Assembly (NCBI RefSeq): GCF_027587175.1
Contig: NZ_JAPCID010000029.1
Span: 46,597 to 70,596, forward strand
Direction of reading: 5' to 3'
Source: Solirubrobacter deserti
Lineage (GTDB): Bacteria > Actinomycetota > Thermoleophilia > Solirubrobacterales > Solirubrobacteraceae
Length of the DNA stretch: 24,000 bases
The notes under the pieces are model-generated. The model was not told the DNA's origin and searched no databases. It saw only the letters and a list, made by a program, of their open reading frames with translations. The position numbers and the translations under genes are program-made. Positions 1 to 6,737 of the stretch are shown piece by piece (within the stretch, counting starts at the first letter, position 1; each line of letters opens with the position of its first letter).

Positions 1-255
1 CGGCATCTGCGCCTTGGTCACGGCGAGCGCCGTGCCGTTGTTCTGGATCTCGTACGCGATGCCCTGCTCGTCGAGCGCGGCCGTGATCTTGCCCGTCTGG
101 GCGGGATCGAGGCCCGACGCGATCGTCGAGTACGCCGGCGCCGTGGCGATCTTGAGCATGATGAAGGCGATGGCGAGGATCGCGACGGCCGTGACGGCCA
201 GGATGGCCTTGGTCTTGGCCGGGAGGGCGAGGATGTTCTGGATGAAGGGCGGCAT
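1..255 (-). CDS. fliF: Flagellar M-ring protein FliF, N-terminal fragment (gene continues past the left edge)
   Basis: Hand translation of the minus strand from ATG at 255-253 gives MPPFIQNILALPAKTKAILAVTAVAILAIAFIMLKIATAPAYSTIASGLDPAQTGKITAALDEQGIAYEIQNNGTALAVTKAQMP. This is an N-terminal TM helix followed by a FliF/YscJ-like 'L.p.q.g.I...L...gI.Y' segment. It lies directly after fliE, as in flgB-flgC-fliE-fliF operons. It is absent from the ORF track because it is open at the window edge. Confidence 0.8.
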   Translation of the reverse strand, partial: MPPFIQNILALPAKTKAILAVTAVAILAIAFIMLKIATAPAYSTIASGLDPAQTGKITAALDEQGIAYEIQNNGTALAVTKAQMP

Positions 256-276
256 GGGGGAGTGCGTAGCCTAAGT

Positions 277-597
277 TCAGACCTGAGTCTGGAAGATGGT
301 CTGGGCGGCCTCGACGGCCTTCGTGCGGATCTGGCTGGCCATCTGCATCGCGAGCTGCGCGCGCTCGACGGCCATGACGACGGCGGTGGGGTCGGAGGCC
401 TGGCCCGTGGCCAGCGCCCGGGACGCTTCGGCGGCCTGCGTCTGCGAGTCGGCCAGCGACTGGATCGACTGGCTGAGCATCGAGCCGAAGCCCGAGCCAC
501 CCTGGGTGGCGTCGGCCGGCGCCTCGACGGCGCCGACGGAGCCCACGCTCCACTCGGGGCCGAGGCCGCTGACGGCCATGGTCGGGTCGATGGTCAT
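277..597 (-). CDS. fliE: Flagellar hook-basal body complex protein FliE
   Basis: 106 aa. The C-terminal half (DPTAVVMAVERAQLAMQMASQIRTKAVEAAQTIFQTQV) is typical of FliE. ATGA start/stop overlap with flgC at 594-597. Canonical position between flgC and fliF. Confidence 0.85.
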   Translation of the reverse strand: MTIDPTMAVSGLGPEWSVGSVGAVEAPADATQGGSGFGSMLSQSIQSLADSQTQAAEASRALATGQASDPTAVVMAVERAQLAMQMASQIRTKAVEAAQTIFQTQV

Positions 598-1043
598 CGG
601 AGGATCTCCAGGGTCTTGGCGAACATCTGCTTGGCGGCCGACATCGCGGTGACGTTGGCCTCGTAGGCGCGCTGCGCGTCGATCAGGTCGACCATCTCGG
701 TGACCGTGTCGACGTTGGGCATGCGGACATAGCCCTGCTCGTCGGCGTCCGGGTGACCCGGGTCGTAGACGAGCTTCCCGTTGGTGGCGTCCTCGGTGAC
801 CTGCGTGGCCTGGACGCCGCCGGGCGCGACGCCCGAGGTGCCCATGGCGCGCGAGAGCTGCGAGCCGAACGTGCCGGCCTGGCCGACGGACTGCAGCGTG
901 ACCTCCTTGCGGCGGTACGGGTTGCCGTCCGCGCCGCGCGTGGTCTCCGCGTTGGCGATGTTCTCCGCCGTGACGTTCATCCGCAGCCGCTGCGCGGTGA
1001 GCGCCGACGCGGAGATCTCCATGCCGCCGAACATGCTCATCAC
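594..1043 (-). CDS. flgC: Flagellar basal-body rod protein FlgC
   Basis: N-terminal rod motif ISASALTAQRLRMNVTAENIANAETTR and C-terminal VDTVTEMVDLIDAQRAYEANV. The true start is probably ATG at 1040 (MSMFGGMEIS...) rather than GTG at 1043. Either start overlaps the flgB stop codon. Confidence 0.9.
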   Translation of the reverse strand: MMSMFGGMEISASALTAQRLRMNVTAENIANAETTRGADGNPYRRKEVTLQSVGQAGTFGSQLSRAMGTSGVAPGGVQATQVTEDATNGKLVYDPGHPDADEQGYVRMPNVDTVTEMVDLIDAQRAYEANVTAMSAAKQMFAKTLEILR

Positions 1044-1462
1044 ATGACCCCCAGGGCCGAGCGGATGATCGCGGTGCGCGCCTTCAGGACGGACACGGCG
1101 GCCTGCTGCTCGAGCGCGTTGGACGCGAGCTTGGCCGACTCGTTGTCGACGTCGATGGAGTTGCCGTCCGCCTGCGTCGCGCCGACCGAAGCGTCGGCCT
1201 GGGTCGAGAACGCGGTGTGCTCGACGGCGGCCTTGTCGCCGGTGCCCAGCGCCGCGGCGAGGGCCCCGTGGAAGTCCACGTCGACGCGGCGGTAGCCGGG
1301 CGTCGAGGCGTTGGCGATGTTGGCGGCCAGCGCTTCGTGGCGCTGGGCCGCGCCCGAAATGCTGCGCTCAAGCGCCAGCTGCGTGGTATCGATCAGCACG
1401 AGGGAACGGATCTCCTGGAGGGAAGAGGGGGCGGCCCATCCGTGAGCCTCGCGGCGCTCCAT
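1040..1462 (-). CDS. flgB: Flagellar basal-body rod protein FlgB (start uncertain: ATG 1462 or GTG 1399)
   Basis: Contains AANIANASTPGYRR (rod-protein N-motif) and DVDNESAKLASNALEQQAAVSVL. ATG 1462 lies only 18 nt after the predicted sigma-28 -10 element. An in-frame GTG at 1399 is preceded by AGGAG 12 nt upstream and gives a more typical N-terminal length. Confidence 0.85.
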   Translation of the reverse strand: MERREAHGWAAPSSLQEIRSLVLIDTTQLALERSISGAAQRHEALAANIANASTPGYRRVDVDFHGALAAALGTGDKAAVEHTAFSTQADASVGATQADGNSIDVDNESAKLASNALEQQAAVSVLKARTAIIRSALGVM

Positions 1463-1480
1463 CCTTGGTGCGCACTCTCC

Positions 1481-1509
1481 GTATCGGCGCCTCGCGCGGA
1501 GGCCTTTAG
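1481..1509 (-). promoter_or_regulatory. Sigma-28 (FliA/WhiG)-type promoter upstream of flgB: CTAAAG-N15-GCCGATAC
   Basis: Minus-strand read CTAAAG (1509-1504), 15-nt spacer, GCCGATAC (1488-1481). This matches the established TAAA-N15/16-GCCGATAA sigma-28 consensus and sits in the flgB upstream intergenic region. Confidence 0.65.
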
Positions 1510-1570
1510 GGTCAAAACCCGATTGAGGAAACCTCGCGCAAGAGTTCGCCCCCAGGGCGAATCTCTCAAC

Positions 1571-1601
1571 GACGACGAGCCCGCAGGGCGAGCTCGTCGT
1601 C
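1571..1601 (-). terminator. Strong GC-rich stem-loop immediately after the FliT-like ORF (putative intrinsic terminator, no U-tract)
   Basis: GACGACGAGC...GCTCGTCGTC inverted repeat. About 13 bp of stem (one G-U) with a 5-nt loop on the minus-strand RNA, starting 5 nt after the TAG at 1609-1607. A second small hairpin, TTCGCCC-N3-GGGCGAA, follows at 1545-1561. Confidence 0.55.
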
Positions 1602-1606
1602 AGGTC

Positions 1607-1933
1607 CTACGCGGAGTGATTGAGGGAGCCACGCTGCGCGGGCGCCGGGCCCGCGTAACCGCGCATGGCAGTCGCGCCGCGGTTCATGCTCCCCATCTTC
1701 TGGAGCGTGAAGGCACGCCCGGCCGACAGGCCGGCGTGGATCTCGGCCTGGAGGTCGACCAGGCGCTCGAGGTGGGGACGGGCCGTCGCCGGCGGAGCGC
1801 CGAGCGAGGAAGCCGCCGCCAGGCGGTGCTGCGCGACCGCCGGGATCTCCTCCCAGCGGGCGTCACGGACGAGGTCGCGCTCGCGCTCGGCGAGCACGAC
1901 CAGATCGGCCCAGGGCTGGGCCTCGAGGCTCAT
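1607..1933 (-). CDS. Hypothetical 108-aa protein, putative FliT-like flagellar export chaperone
   Basis: ATGA start/stop overlap with fliS (1930-1933). Its position after fliD-fliS matches fliT in Bacillus. Predicted helical protein with an ERERD...EI...R...L..P...LERLV.LQ.EI pattern that loosely resembles Bacillus-type FliT. GC3-rich codon usage supports real coding. Confidence 0.45.
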   Translation of the reverse strand: MSLEAQPWADLVVLAERERDLVRDARWEEIPAVAQHRLAAASSLGAPPATARPHLERLVDLQAEIHAGLSAGRAFTLQKMGSMNRGATAMRGYAGPAPAQRGSLNHSA

Positions 1934-2319
1934 CGCGCCGGCGCCGTGTCGGCGATCTCGGCCCAGGCGTCGCGCAGCTCGGTCAGCAGCTCGGAGACCT
2001 CTTCGATCTTCTGCGGGTTCTGCTCGAGCGCGGCCTCGATGAGGTGGCGGCGGCTGAAGGCGTAGATGCCCTGCAGGCGCGCGGCGATCTCACCGCCGCG
2101 CTCGTGGTCGAGCGTGACCGTGAGCTCGTCGATGATGGCCTCGGCGCGGCGCATGCGGTCCTGCGAGTTGGCCTTGTCGCCCTCGCGCATGGCGTAGGCG
2201 GCCTGGAAGAGGAAACGCAGGCAGCCGTCGTAGAGCATGACCACGAGGCGGCCGGGAGGGGCCGTGAGGATGCTCTGCTGCTTGTACTGGGCCGTCGGGT
2301 TGGCGGCGTAGGTGGCCAC
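1930..2319 (-). CDS. fliS: Flagellin-specific export chaperone FliS
   Basis: 129 aa from GTG at 2319 (VATYAANPTAQYKQQSILTAPPGRLVVMLYDGCLRFL...GEIAARLQGIYAFSRRHLIEAAL). This is the classic FliS signature. AGGAG lies 9 nt upstream. The 561-aa track ORF is an upstream out-of-gene extension overlapping fliD in another frame. Confidence 0.9.
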   Translation of the reverse strand: MATYAANPTAQYKQQSILTAPPGRLVVMLYDGCLRFLFQAAYAMREGDKANSQDRMRRAEAIIDELTVTLDHERGGEIAARLQGIYAFSRRHLIEAALEQNPQKIEEVSELLTELRDAWAEIADTAPAR

Positions 2320-2344
2320 TGCTGAAGGCTCCTGGGAGGTCGTC

Positions 2345-2363
2345 GGAGGGAGGGAGGGAGGGA
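2345..2363 (+). repeat. (GGGA)4 tract = canonical G3N1G3N1G3N1G3 G-quadruplex motif on the plus strand; (TCCC)4 in the fliS leader RNA
   Basis: Direct read: ggAGGGAGGGAGGGAGGGa at 2345-2363, in the fliD-fliS intergenic region between the predicted fliS promoter and the fliS SD. Confidence 0.7.
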
Positions 2364-2372
2364 TCACTTGGT

Positions 2373-2400
2373 TGATCGGCCGGCGGCTCTCGTCCTTGAG
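2373..2400 (-). promoter_or_regulatory. Sigma-28-type internal promoter upstream of fliS: CTCAAG-N14-GCCGATCA
   Basis: Minus-strand CTCAAG (2400-2395), 14-nt spacer, GCCGATCA (2380-2373), in the 95-nt fliD-fliS gap. Confidence 0.55.
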
Positions 2401-2414
2401 AGGCATCCGGGGCC

Positions 2415-3818
2415 TTACAGCGACGGCAGCGAGCCGATCTGGCTGGTGAGCCAGGCCTGCTGCGTCTGGGAGGCGTTCAGCGCCGATTCCATGGCGGCGA
2501 ACTGCGCCTTGAGCCGAGCGGACTCTTTCTCCATGCGCGCGTTGAGCTTGGTGATCTGCTCGTTGAAGCCCTTGACGGTCTCGTCGTCGGTCTTCATGCG
2601 GCCGGTGATGATGCCGTTGGTGCCGGTCTGGGTCCCGATGTACTCGGTGATCAGCCCGGACATGCCCTTCGTGGCACCCTTGCCGGCGAACAACTCGCGG
2701 ACCTTGGTGTAGTCGGAGGCGATCGCGGCCTTGAGCTTGTCCTGGTCGACGGTCAGCTTGCCCGAGCGCGCGTCCTCGGCGGAGGCGCCGGCCTTCGGCA
2801 CACCGATGCCGAGGTCGGCCAGGCCCGTGAGCCCGAGGCCCGACACGGCCTGGGTCATCGTCTGCTTGAGCTGGCGCAGCATCGACGTCATGCCGCTGTC
2901 GCCGAACAGCTGGCCCTTCTGAAGGTCGGACGTGGTCGTGGCCGTCGGCACGCGCTTCTCGGTGATCTCCGCGCGGGTGGCCGTGACGACCGAGTTGTAG
3001 GCGTCGACGAGCGCCGTGATCTTCTTGGCGATCGCGTCGTTGTCGATCGCGGGCTGCGTCGTGGACACCGTGACCGGGCTGGTGGAGACGCCCTTCAGCG
3101 TCACGCGCACGCCCGGAATGATGTTCTCGAGGATGTTGGACTCGGGGTTGGTCTCCGCGCCGCCGTTGACCTTGATGGCGGCGTTGAGCGTCGGCCCGGT
3201 GCGCTGGTAGCTGGTGTCCTCGGTGAGCGTGGTGCCCGCGCCCAGCTGCGACGTGTCGACGGTGAAGTCCGCGTTGGCGCCGGTCTTGCGCGAGGAGAAG
3301 ACGAGCTTCTCGGTGGCGCCGTCCTTGACGACGGCCGCGTACACCGGAGCCTTCTCGTTGGCGTTGACGGCGGCGGCGACGTCCGCGGCGCTCGCGTTCG
3401 CGGCGATGTCGATCGTCACCGTGGAGGCGGCGTCGTTCGAGTAGGCGAAGGTGAGCTTGCCGGCGTTCGCGCCCTTGGCGTAGTCGAACCCGTGCTGGGC
3501 CGAGGAGGCGAGGCGGTCGACCTGGATCGAGTGGCCGCCGATGCCGGCGCCGCCGAGCACGCTGACGTCGATCTTGGTCGGGTCCGACGACGTCGTGGTC
3601 TGCGTCGGCTTCCACAGCGTCGCGGACTGGAGGTCGTTGGCCGCCGTCTTGACCGCGTCGAGCTTGGCCTTGATCGCGCTCAGGTCGGTCTTGTGCTGGT
3701 TGACCGCGACCTGTCGCTTCTGGACGGCCGTGACCTTGTTCTGCTCGATCGCCATCAGCTGGCTGATGATCGATTCGGTATCGAGGCCCGACGCCATGCC
3801 GGACAGGGAGATCGCCAT
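2415..3818 (-). CDS. fliD: Flagellar filament capping protein FliD (hook-associated protein 2)
   Basis: 467 aa. N-terminus MAISLSGMASGLDTESIISQLMAIEQNKV and C-terminal coiled coil ...RLKAQFAAMESALNASQTQQAWLTSQI are hallmark FliD regions. AGGAG lies 5 nt upstream of the ATG. Confidence 0.92.
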   Translation of the reverse strand: MAISLSGMASGLDTESIISQLMAIEQNKVTAVQKRQVAVNQHKTDLSAIKAKLDAVKTAANDLQSATLWKPTQTTTSSDPTKIDVSVLGGAGIGGHSIQVDRLASSAQHGFDYAKGANAGKLTFAYSNDAASTVTIDIAANASAADVAAAVNANEKAPVYAAVVKDGATEKLVFSSRKTGANADFTVDTSQLGAGTTLTEDTSYQRTGPTLNAAIKVNGGAETNPESNILENIIPGVRVTLKGVSTSPVTVSTTQPAIDNDAIAKKITALVDAYNSVVTATRAEITEKRVPTATTTSDLQKGQLFGDSGMTSMLRQLKQTMTQAVSGLGLTGLADLGIGVPKAGASAEDARSGKLTVDQDKLKAAIASDYTKVRELFAGKGATKGMSGLITEYIGTQTGTNGIITGRMKTDDETVKGFNEQITKLNARMEKESARLKAQFAAMESALNASQTQQAWLTSQIGSLPSL

Positions 3819-3828
3819 GGGGGCTCCT

Positions 3829-4185
3829 CTACAGCTCGCCGCCGGACATGATGTCCAGCGCCTTTGACGGCGGGATGGTCTTGATCACGTTGCCTTCGAG
3901 GTCGCGCACCTGGATGATCACCCGGTTGGTGTCCTCGTCGCGCTTGAAGTGCAGCTCGCGGTTGCTCTTGTGCATCTGCTCGACGACCTCCGCGGCCTTG
4001 GCGACGAGCTCTCGCGCTTCCGGGGTGGGAGCCGGGGGAACGTCGCCGACGATCGTCCCGGTCTCCTCAACGCCCGTGGGGCGCTGAGCCGCGGCGTCGC
4101 GCGGCTCAGTCGCAGCGGCCGGCGGCACGGATGGCACCGCGGGCAGCTGCTGATAGGGGATGAAGCGACCGATCTGAAGAGTCAT
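3829..4185 (-). CDS. flaG: FlaG family flagellar protein
   Basis: 118 aa. The C-terminal LHFKRDEDTNRVIIQVRDLEGNVIKTIPPSKALDI matches the FlaG motif (l.F..de.t.r.vv.v.D..tgeviR.IPpe). Located upstream of fliD as in Bacillus and others. Confidence 0.8.
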   Translation of the reverse strand: MTLQIGRFIPYQQLPAVPSVPPAAATEPRDAAAQRPTGVEETGTIVGDVPPAPTPEARELVAKAAEVVEQMHKSNRELHFKRDEDTNRVIIQVRDLEGNVIKTIPPSKALDIMSGGEL

Positions 4186-4196
4186 CTCAGACCCAG

Positions 4197-4224
4197 TAGT
4201 CGGCGTGGTGCAGTGAAGCTTTAG
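4197..4224 (-). promoter_or_regulatory. Sigma-28-type promoter upstream of flaG-fliD: CTAAAG-N14-GCCGACTA, with the -35 overlapping the fliA stop codon
   Basis: Minus-strand CTAAAG (4224-4219; the TAA is the fliA stop), 14-nt spacer, GCCGACTA (4204-4197). The flaG ATG follows 11 nt later. Confidence 0.55.
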
Positions 4225-5039
4225 CCGACCGCGGAGAACAGGACGGCGTCGTCGGAGAGCTGCTGCTTGAGCGTGCGCTTGAGCTGCGAGTGGATCTGGC
4301 AGATGCGGCTCTCGGAGACGCCCATGACCTCGCCGATCTCGCGCAGCGTCAGGTTCTTCACGTACAGCAGGACGGCGACCTCGCGCTCGCGCTGCGGCAG
4401 GGTGTCGAACGCGCGGCGGAACTTGTTCTTGGCCTCGGAGTTGGCGGCCTGGTGCTCCGGGTCGCGCTTGCGGTCGCCGTCGGCGAGCGTGTCGATGCGC
4501 TCGACGGTCGTCTCGTCGTCGGAGATCACGAGCGTGTTGAGCGACGTGACGTCCGAGACGGCGATGTCGTCCTCGCGGCGGCGCAGCTCGTCGACGGTGA
4601 TGGAGAGCGCGTCGGCGAGCTCCTCGCGCGTCGGGCGGCGACCCTGGATCGTCGTGAACTGGTCACGGGCGCGAGCGATGTCGCGCTCCCAGCGGCGCAG
4701 CGAGCGCGGCGCCCAGTCCTGCCGGCGCAGCTCGTCGAGCACGGCGCCGTGGATGCGGGTCCACGCGAACTGCTCGAGCGTGGCGCCCTTCTCCGGGTCA
4801 TAGCGGTCGATCGAGGCGATCAGAGCCTCGAGGCCGCACGAGATGAAGTCCTCGACCTCGCAGCGGGCCGGCAGCTCGCGCACCTTCTTGAAGACGATGT
4901 ACTTGACCAGCGGCGCGTAGGTCATCACCAGGCGGTTGCGGACCTGGAGGTCACCGGTCGCCTTGTACTCACGCCAGAGCGCGAGGGCATCCTCGGCGCT
5001 GACGCGCCGGCGGCTGCCTGATGAGGTCGTGGACTTCAT
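4221..5039 (-). CDS. fliA: Flagellar/WhiG-type alternative sigma factor sigma-28 (FliA/WhiG family)
   Basis: 272 aa with region 2 (NRLVMTYAPLVKYIVFKK...DFISCGLEALIASIDRYDPEKGATLEQFAWTRIHGAVLDELRR), region 3 and region 4 HTH (LTLREIGEVMGVSESRICQIHSQ). Embedded in the flagellar cluster. Confidence 0.9.
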   Translation of the reverse strand: MKSTTSSGSRRRVSAEDALALWREYKATGDLQVRNRLVMTYAPLVKYIVFKKVRELPARCEVEDFISCGLEALIASIDRYDPEKGATLEQFAWTRIHGAVLDELRRQDWAPRSLRRWERDIARARDQFTTIQGRRPTREELADALSITVDELRRREDDIAVSDVTSLNTLVISDDETTVERIDTLADGDRKRDPEHQAANSEAKNKFRRAFDTLPQREREVAVLLYVKNLTLREIGEVMGVSESRICQIHSQLKRTLKQQLSDDAVLFSAVG

Positions 5040-5091
5040 GACGGAAAAGGAACTCCTGAGGAGGGCTCTTGCGGACTGACGGACGCAGTCT

Positions 5092-5120
5092 GTATCGGGC
5101 GTTCACCCGAGTTTCTTCAT
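5092..5120 (-). promoter_or_regulatory. Degenerate sigma-28-like element upstream of fliA: ATGAAG-N15-CCCGATAC (possible autoregulation)
   Basis: Minus-strand ATGAAG (5120-5115), 15-nt spacer, CCCGATAC (5099-5092). It has three mismatches to the motif shared by the other six sites, so it is weak. Confidence 0.25.
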
Positions 5121-5389
5121 CACCGATTCGGAGTAGGGCGCTTTTCGGACAGGCCGTATGCCCACGCCAGCACCTGTGCGACAGCCGTCCACATCTGCTC
5201 CGGAATCTCTTGTCCGAGCGCCAGGTCGGAGAGCGCCTTGGCCAGCTCCGGATCCTGGTGCACCGGCACCCCCGCCTCACGTGCGCGCTCGAGTATCTGC
5301 GCCGCGACGTGCCCGCGGCCGGCGGCCACGACTTTTGGCGCGCCGTCGCCGGTGTATTTGAGCGCCGCGGTGACGTCGCGCTCAGGCAT
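5120..5389 (-). CDS. Stand-alone FlhB C-terminal-domain-like protein (YlqH/FlhX-like type III export switch paralog)
   Basis: 89 aa from ATG 5389: MPERDVTAALKYTGDGAPKVVAAGRGHVAAQILERAREAGVPVHQDPELAKALSDLALGQEIPEQMWTAVAQVLAWAY. It aligns with the post-cleavage FlhB-CC region (..AVALkYd...APvVvAKG...A..I...A.e..vPi.e...LAraL.....g..IP...y.aVA.vLa) and has no TM domain or NPTH site. The track ORF's N-terminal extension overlaps the upstream gene. Confidence 0.8.
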   Translation of the reverse strand: MPERDVTAALKYTGDGAPKVVAAGRGHVAAQILERAREAGVPVHQDPELAKALSDLALGQEIPEQMWTAVAQVLAWAYGLSEKRPTPNR

Positions 5390-5999
5390 ACAGGTCCAGC
5401 GGCGTGTGCCGCGGCCGAACGTTGACCGTCGCCTCCAAACCCGCCGCCTCCAAGTTGGCGCGTAGACGCTCAGAAGCACCGGAGGCGACGACATGCGGGA
5501 GCCCGGCGGCGGTCGTGACCTCCGCCAGCAGGCGCTCCCCACGCAGCTCCAGGCGCAGGTCGAGCCTGCCGAGTGTGGGATGGGTGAACGCGAGCGAGAC
5601 GACGTCCGCGAGCTCGCCGTCGGCCCCGCGCCGGCGCGCGGGAGGTTCTTCGACCTCCACGTGAGGTTGGAGCTGCATCTGCGGCAGCCCCTGGCCGATC
5701 AACGGGTTCGACGGGACGGTCTGCGGCGCCTGGGCGGCCTGAGCGCCGGGTTGCGCGGCCTGCGGCTCGATCTGCAGCCACACGCGCTCCGCCGTGACCT
5801 CCTTGACCTTGAGCTTGAGCGTCGCGCCGGCCTGGACCTCCGGCGGCAGCTCCGCCGTGACGGGCAGCCCGGCGATGACGAGCACGGCGTGCGTGTCCCC
5901 GCGCGAGGCGACGCGGGCCATCATCGACGCGCCTTCGCGGATCGGCACCTCCGGCAGCTGCGCGCGCAGCAGCGCGGCGGTGACAGCGATCGGATCCAT
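5382..5999 (-). CDS. Short FliK-like protein (C-terminal Flg_hook / hook-length-control-type domain)
   Basis: 205 aa. The C-terminal VSLAFTHPTLGRLDLRLELRGERLLAEVTTAAGLPHVVASGASERLRANLEAAGLEATVNV resembles the FliK C-terminal domain pattern (l.L.P..LG.l.v.l....g.l.v.f.a......l......L...L...G). A central Q/P/A-rich linker is present. An 8-nt overlap (ATGCCTGA) couples it to the FlhB-CTD-like gene. Confidence 0.6.
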   Translation of the reverse strand: MDPIAVTAALLRAQLPEVPIREGASMMARVASRGDTHAVLVIAGLPVTAELPPEVQAGATLKLKVKEVTAERVWLQIEPQAAQPGAQAAQAPQTVPSNPLIGQGLPQMQLQPHVEVEEPPARRRGADGELADVVSLAFTHPTLGRLDLRLELRGERLLAEVTTAAGLPHVVASGASERLRANLEAAGLEATVNVRPRHTPLDLYA

Positions 6000-6001
6000 G
6001 A

Positions 6002-6030
6002 CTCAAGGATGCCCGTCCGGGCGCCGATGG
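6002..6030 (+). promoter_or_regulatory. Sigma-28-type promoter upstream of flgF: CTCAAG-N15-GCCGATGG
   Basis: CTCAAG (6002-6007), 15-nt spacer, GCCGATGG (6023-6030), in the 42-nt divergent gap. The flgF ATG follows 11 nt later. Confidence 0.5.
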
Positions 6031-6041
6031 GTGAACCCAGT

Positions 6042-6737
6042 ATGGATCGCGGCCTTTATCTCGCAGCCTCAGGCATGCTCGCCGAGCAGATCCGCCAGGA
6101 CCAGATCGCGAACGACCTCGCGAACGCGTCGACCGCCGGCTACAAGTCCGAGCGCACGACGCAGCAGTCCTTCGGCGAGATGCTCCTTACCAACTCCGTC
6201 ACCGGCCAGCAGGTCGGCCGGGTCACGACCGCCGTCGGCGTCAGCGCCACGGTCACCGACTGGACCCCCGGCATGCTCAAGGAGACGGGCGAGCCGCTCG
6301 ACTTCGGCATCAACGGCGACGGCTTCTTCGCCGTCCAGACCGACGATGGCACGCGCTACACGCGCAACGGGCAGTTCACCAGCGACGACCAGGGCCGCCT
6401 GACCACGCTGCAGGGCGACCCCGTCCTCGGCCGCAACAACCAGCCGGTCACGCTCGGCGCCGACGGCCGGGTCGACCCGCGTCAGCTCAACGTGGTGACG
6501 CTCAACGATCCGGAGAAGGTCGGCGACTCCTACGTCACCGGCACGCCGGGCAACGCCGGAGGCCAGACGGCCGGCAGCGTCCGCGCCGGCGCGCTGGAGG
6601 CCTCCGGCGCCGATCCGACCCAGGCCATGGTGGACATGATGGCCTCGTTCCGCTCCTACGAGTCGGGCCAGAAGGTCATCCAGACCATCGACGAGACCCT
6701 CGGCAAGGCCGCCGCCTCCGTCGGTTCCCTGACTTAG
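6042..6737 (+). CDS. flgF: Flagellar basal-body rod protein, FlgF/FlhO-like
   Basis: 231 aa from ATG 6042: MDRGLYLAASGMLAEQIRQDQIANDLANASTAGYK, with C-terminal GALEASGADPTQAMVDMMASFRSYESGQKVIQTIDETL. The long track ORF (from 5493) is an upstream extension antisense to the FliK-like gene. Confidence 0.85.
   Translation: MDRGLYLAASGMLAEQIRQDQIANDLANASTAGYKSERTTQQSFGEMLLTNSVTGQQVGRVTTAVGVSATVTDWTPGMLKETGEPLDFGINGDGFFAVQTDDGTRYTRNGQFTSDDQGRLTTLQGDPVLGRNNQPVTLGADGRVDPRQLNVVTLNDPEKVGDSYVTGTPGNAGGQTAGSVRAGALEASGADPTQAMVDMMASFRSYESGQKVIQTIDETLGKAAASVGSLT

Noticed and set aside
2345-2363. The (GGGA)4 tandem repeat was considered as a CRISPR, VNTR or mobile-element remnant.
   Set aside because: It is a single 19-nt microsatellite-like tract with no spacer-repeat periodicity and no flanking inverted repeats or transposase. 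It is retained only as a G4/CU-tract observation.
2320-3615. The track ORF 1930-3615 (561 aa) suggests a large protein ending in FliS.
   Set aside because: Only the last 129 aa (from GTG 2319, with an AGGAG SD) look like FliS. The upstream part is an R/D/G-rich off-frame read through fliD, whose own frame (2415-3818) has canonical FliD termini.
5390-5542. N-terminal extension of the FlhB-CTD-like ORF (track start at 5542).
   Set aside because: The extension overlaps the FliK-like gene's 3' end in another frame and encodes an R/W/P-rich junk-like sequence. ATG 5389 gives a protein beginning exactly at the FlhB-CC homology.
6027-6029. Alternative flgF start ATG at 6027 (MGEPSMDRG...), and the much longer track ORF starting at 5493.
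   Set aside because: ATG 6027 lies inside the predicted -10 element. Rod proteins canonically start M-D/I-R-x-L-Y as from ATG 6042. The 5493 start would run antisense through the FliK-like gene.
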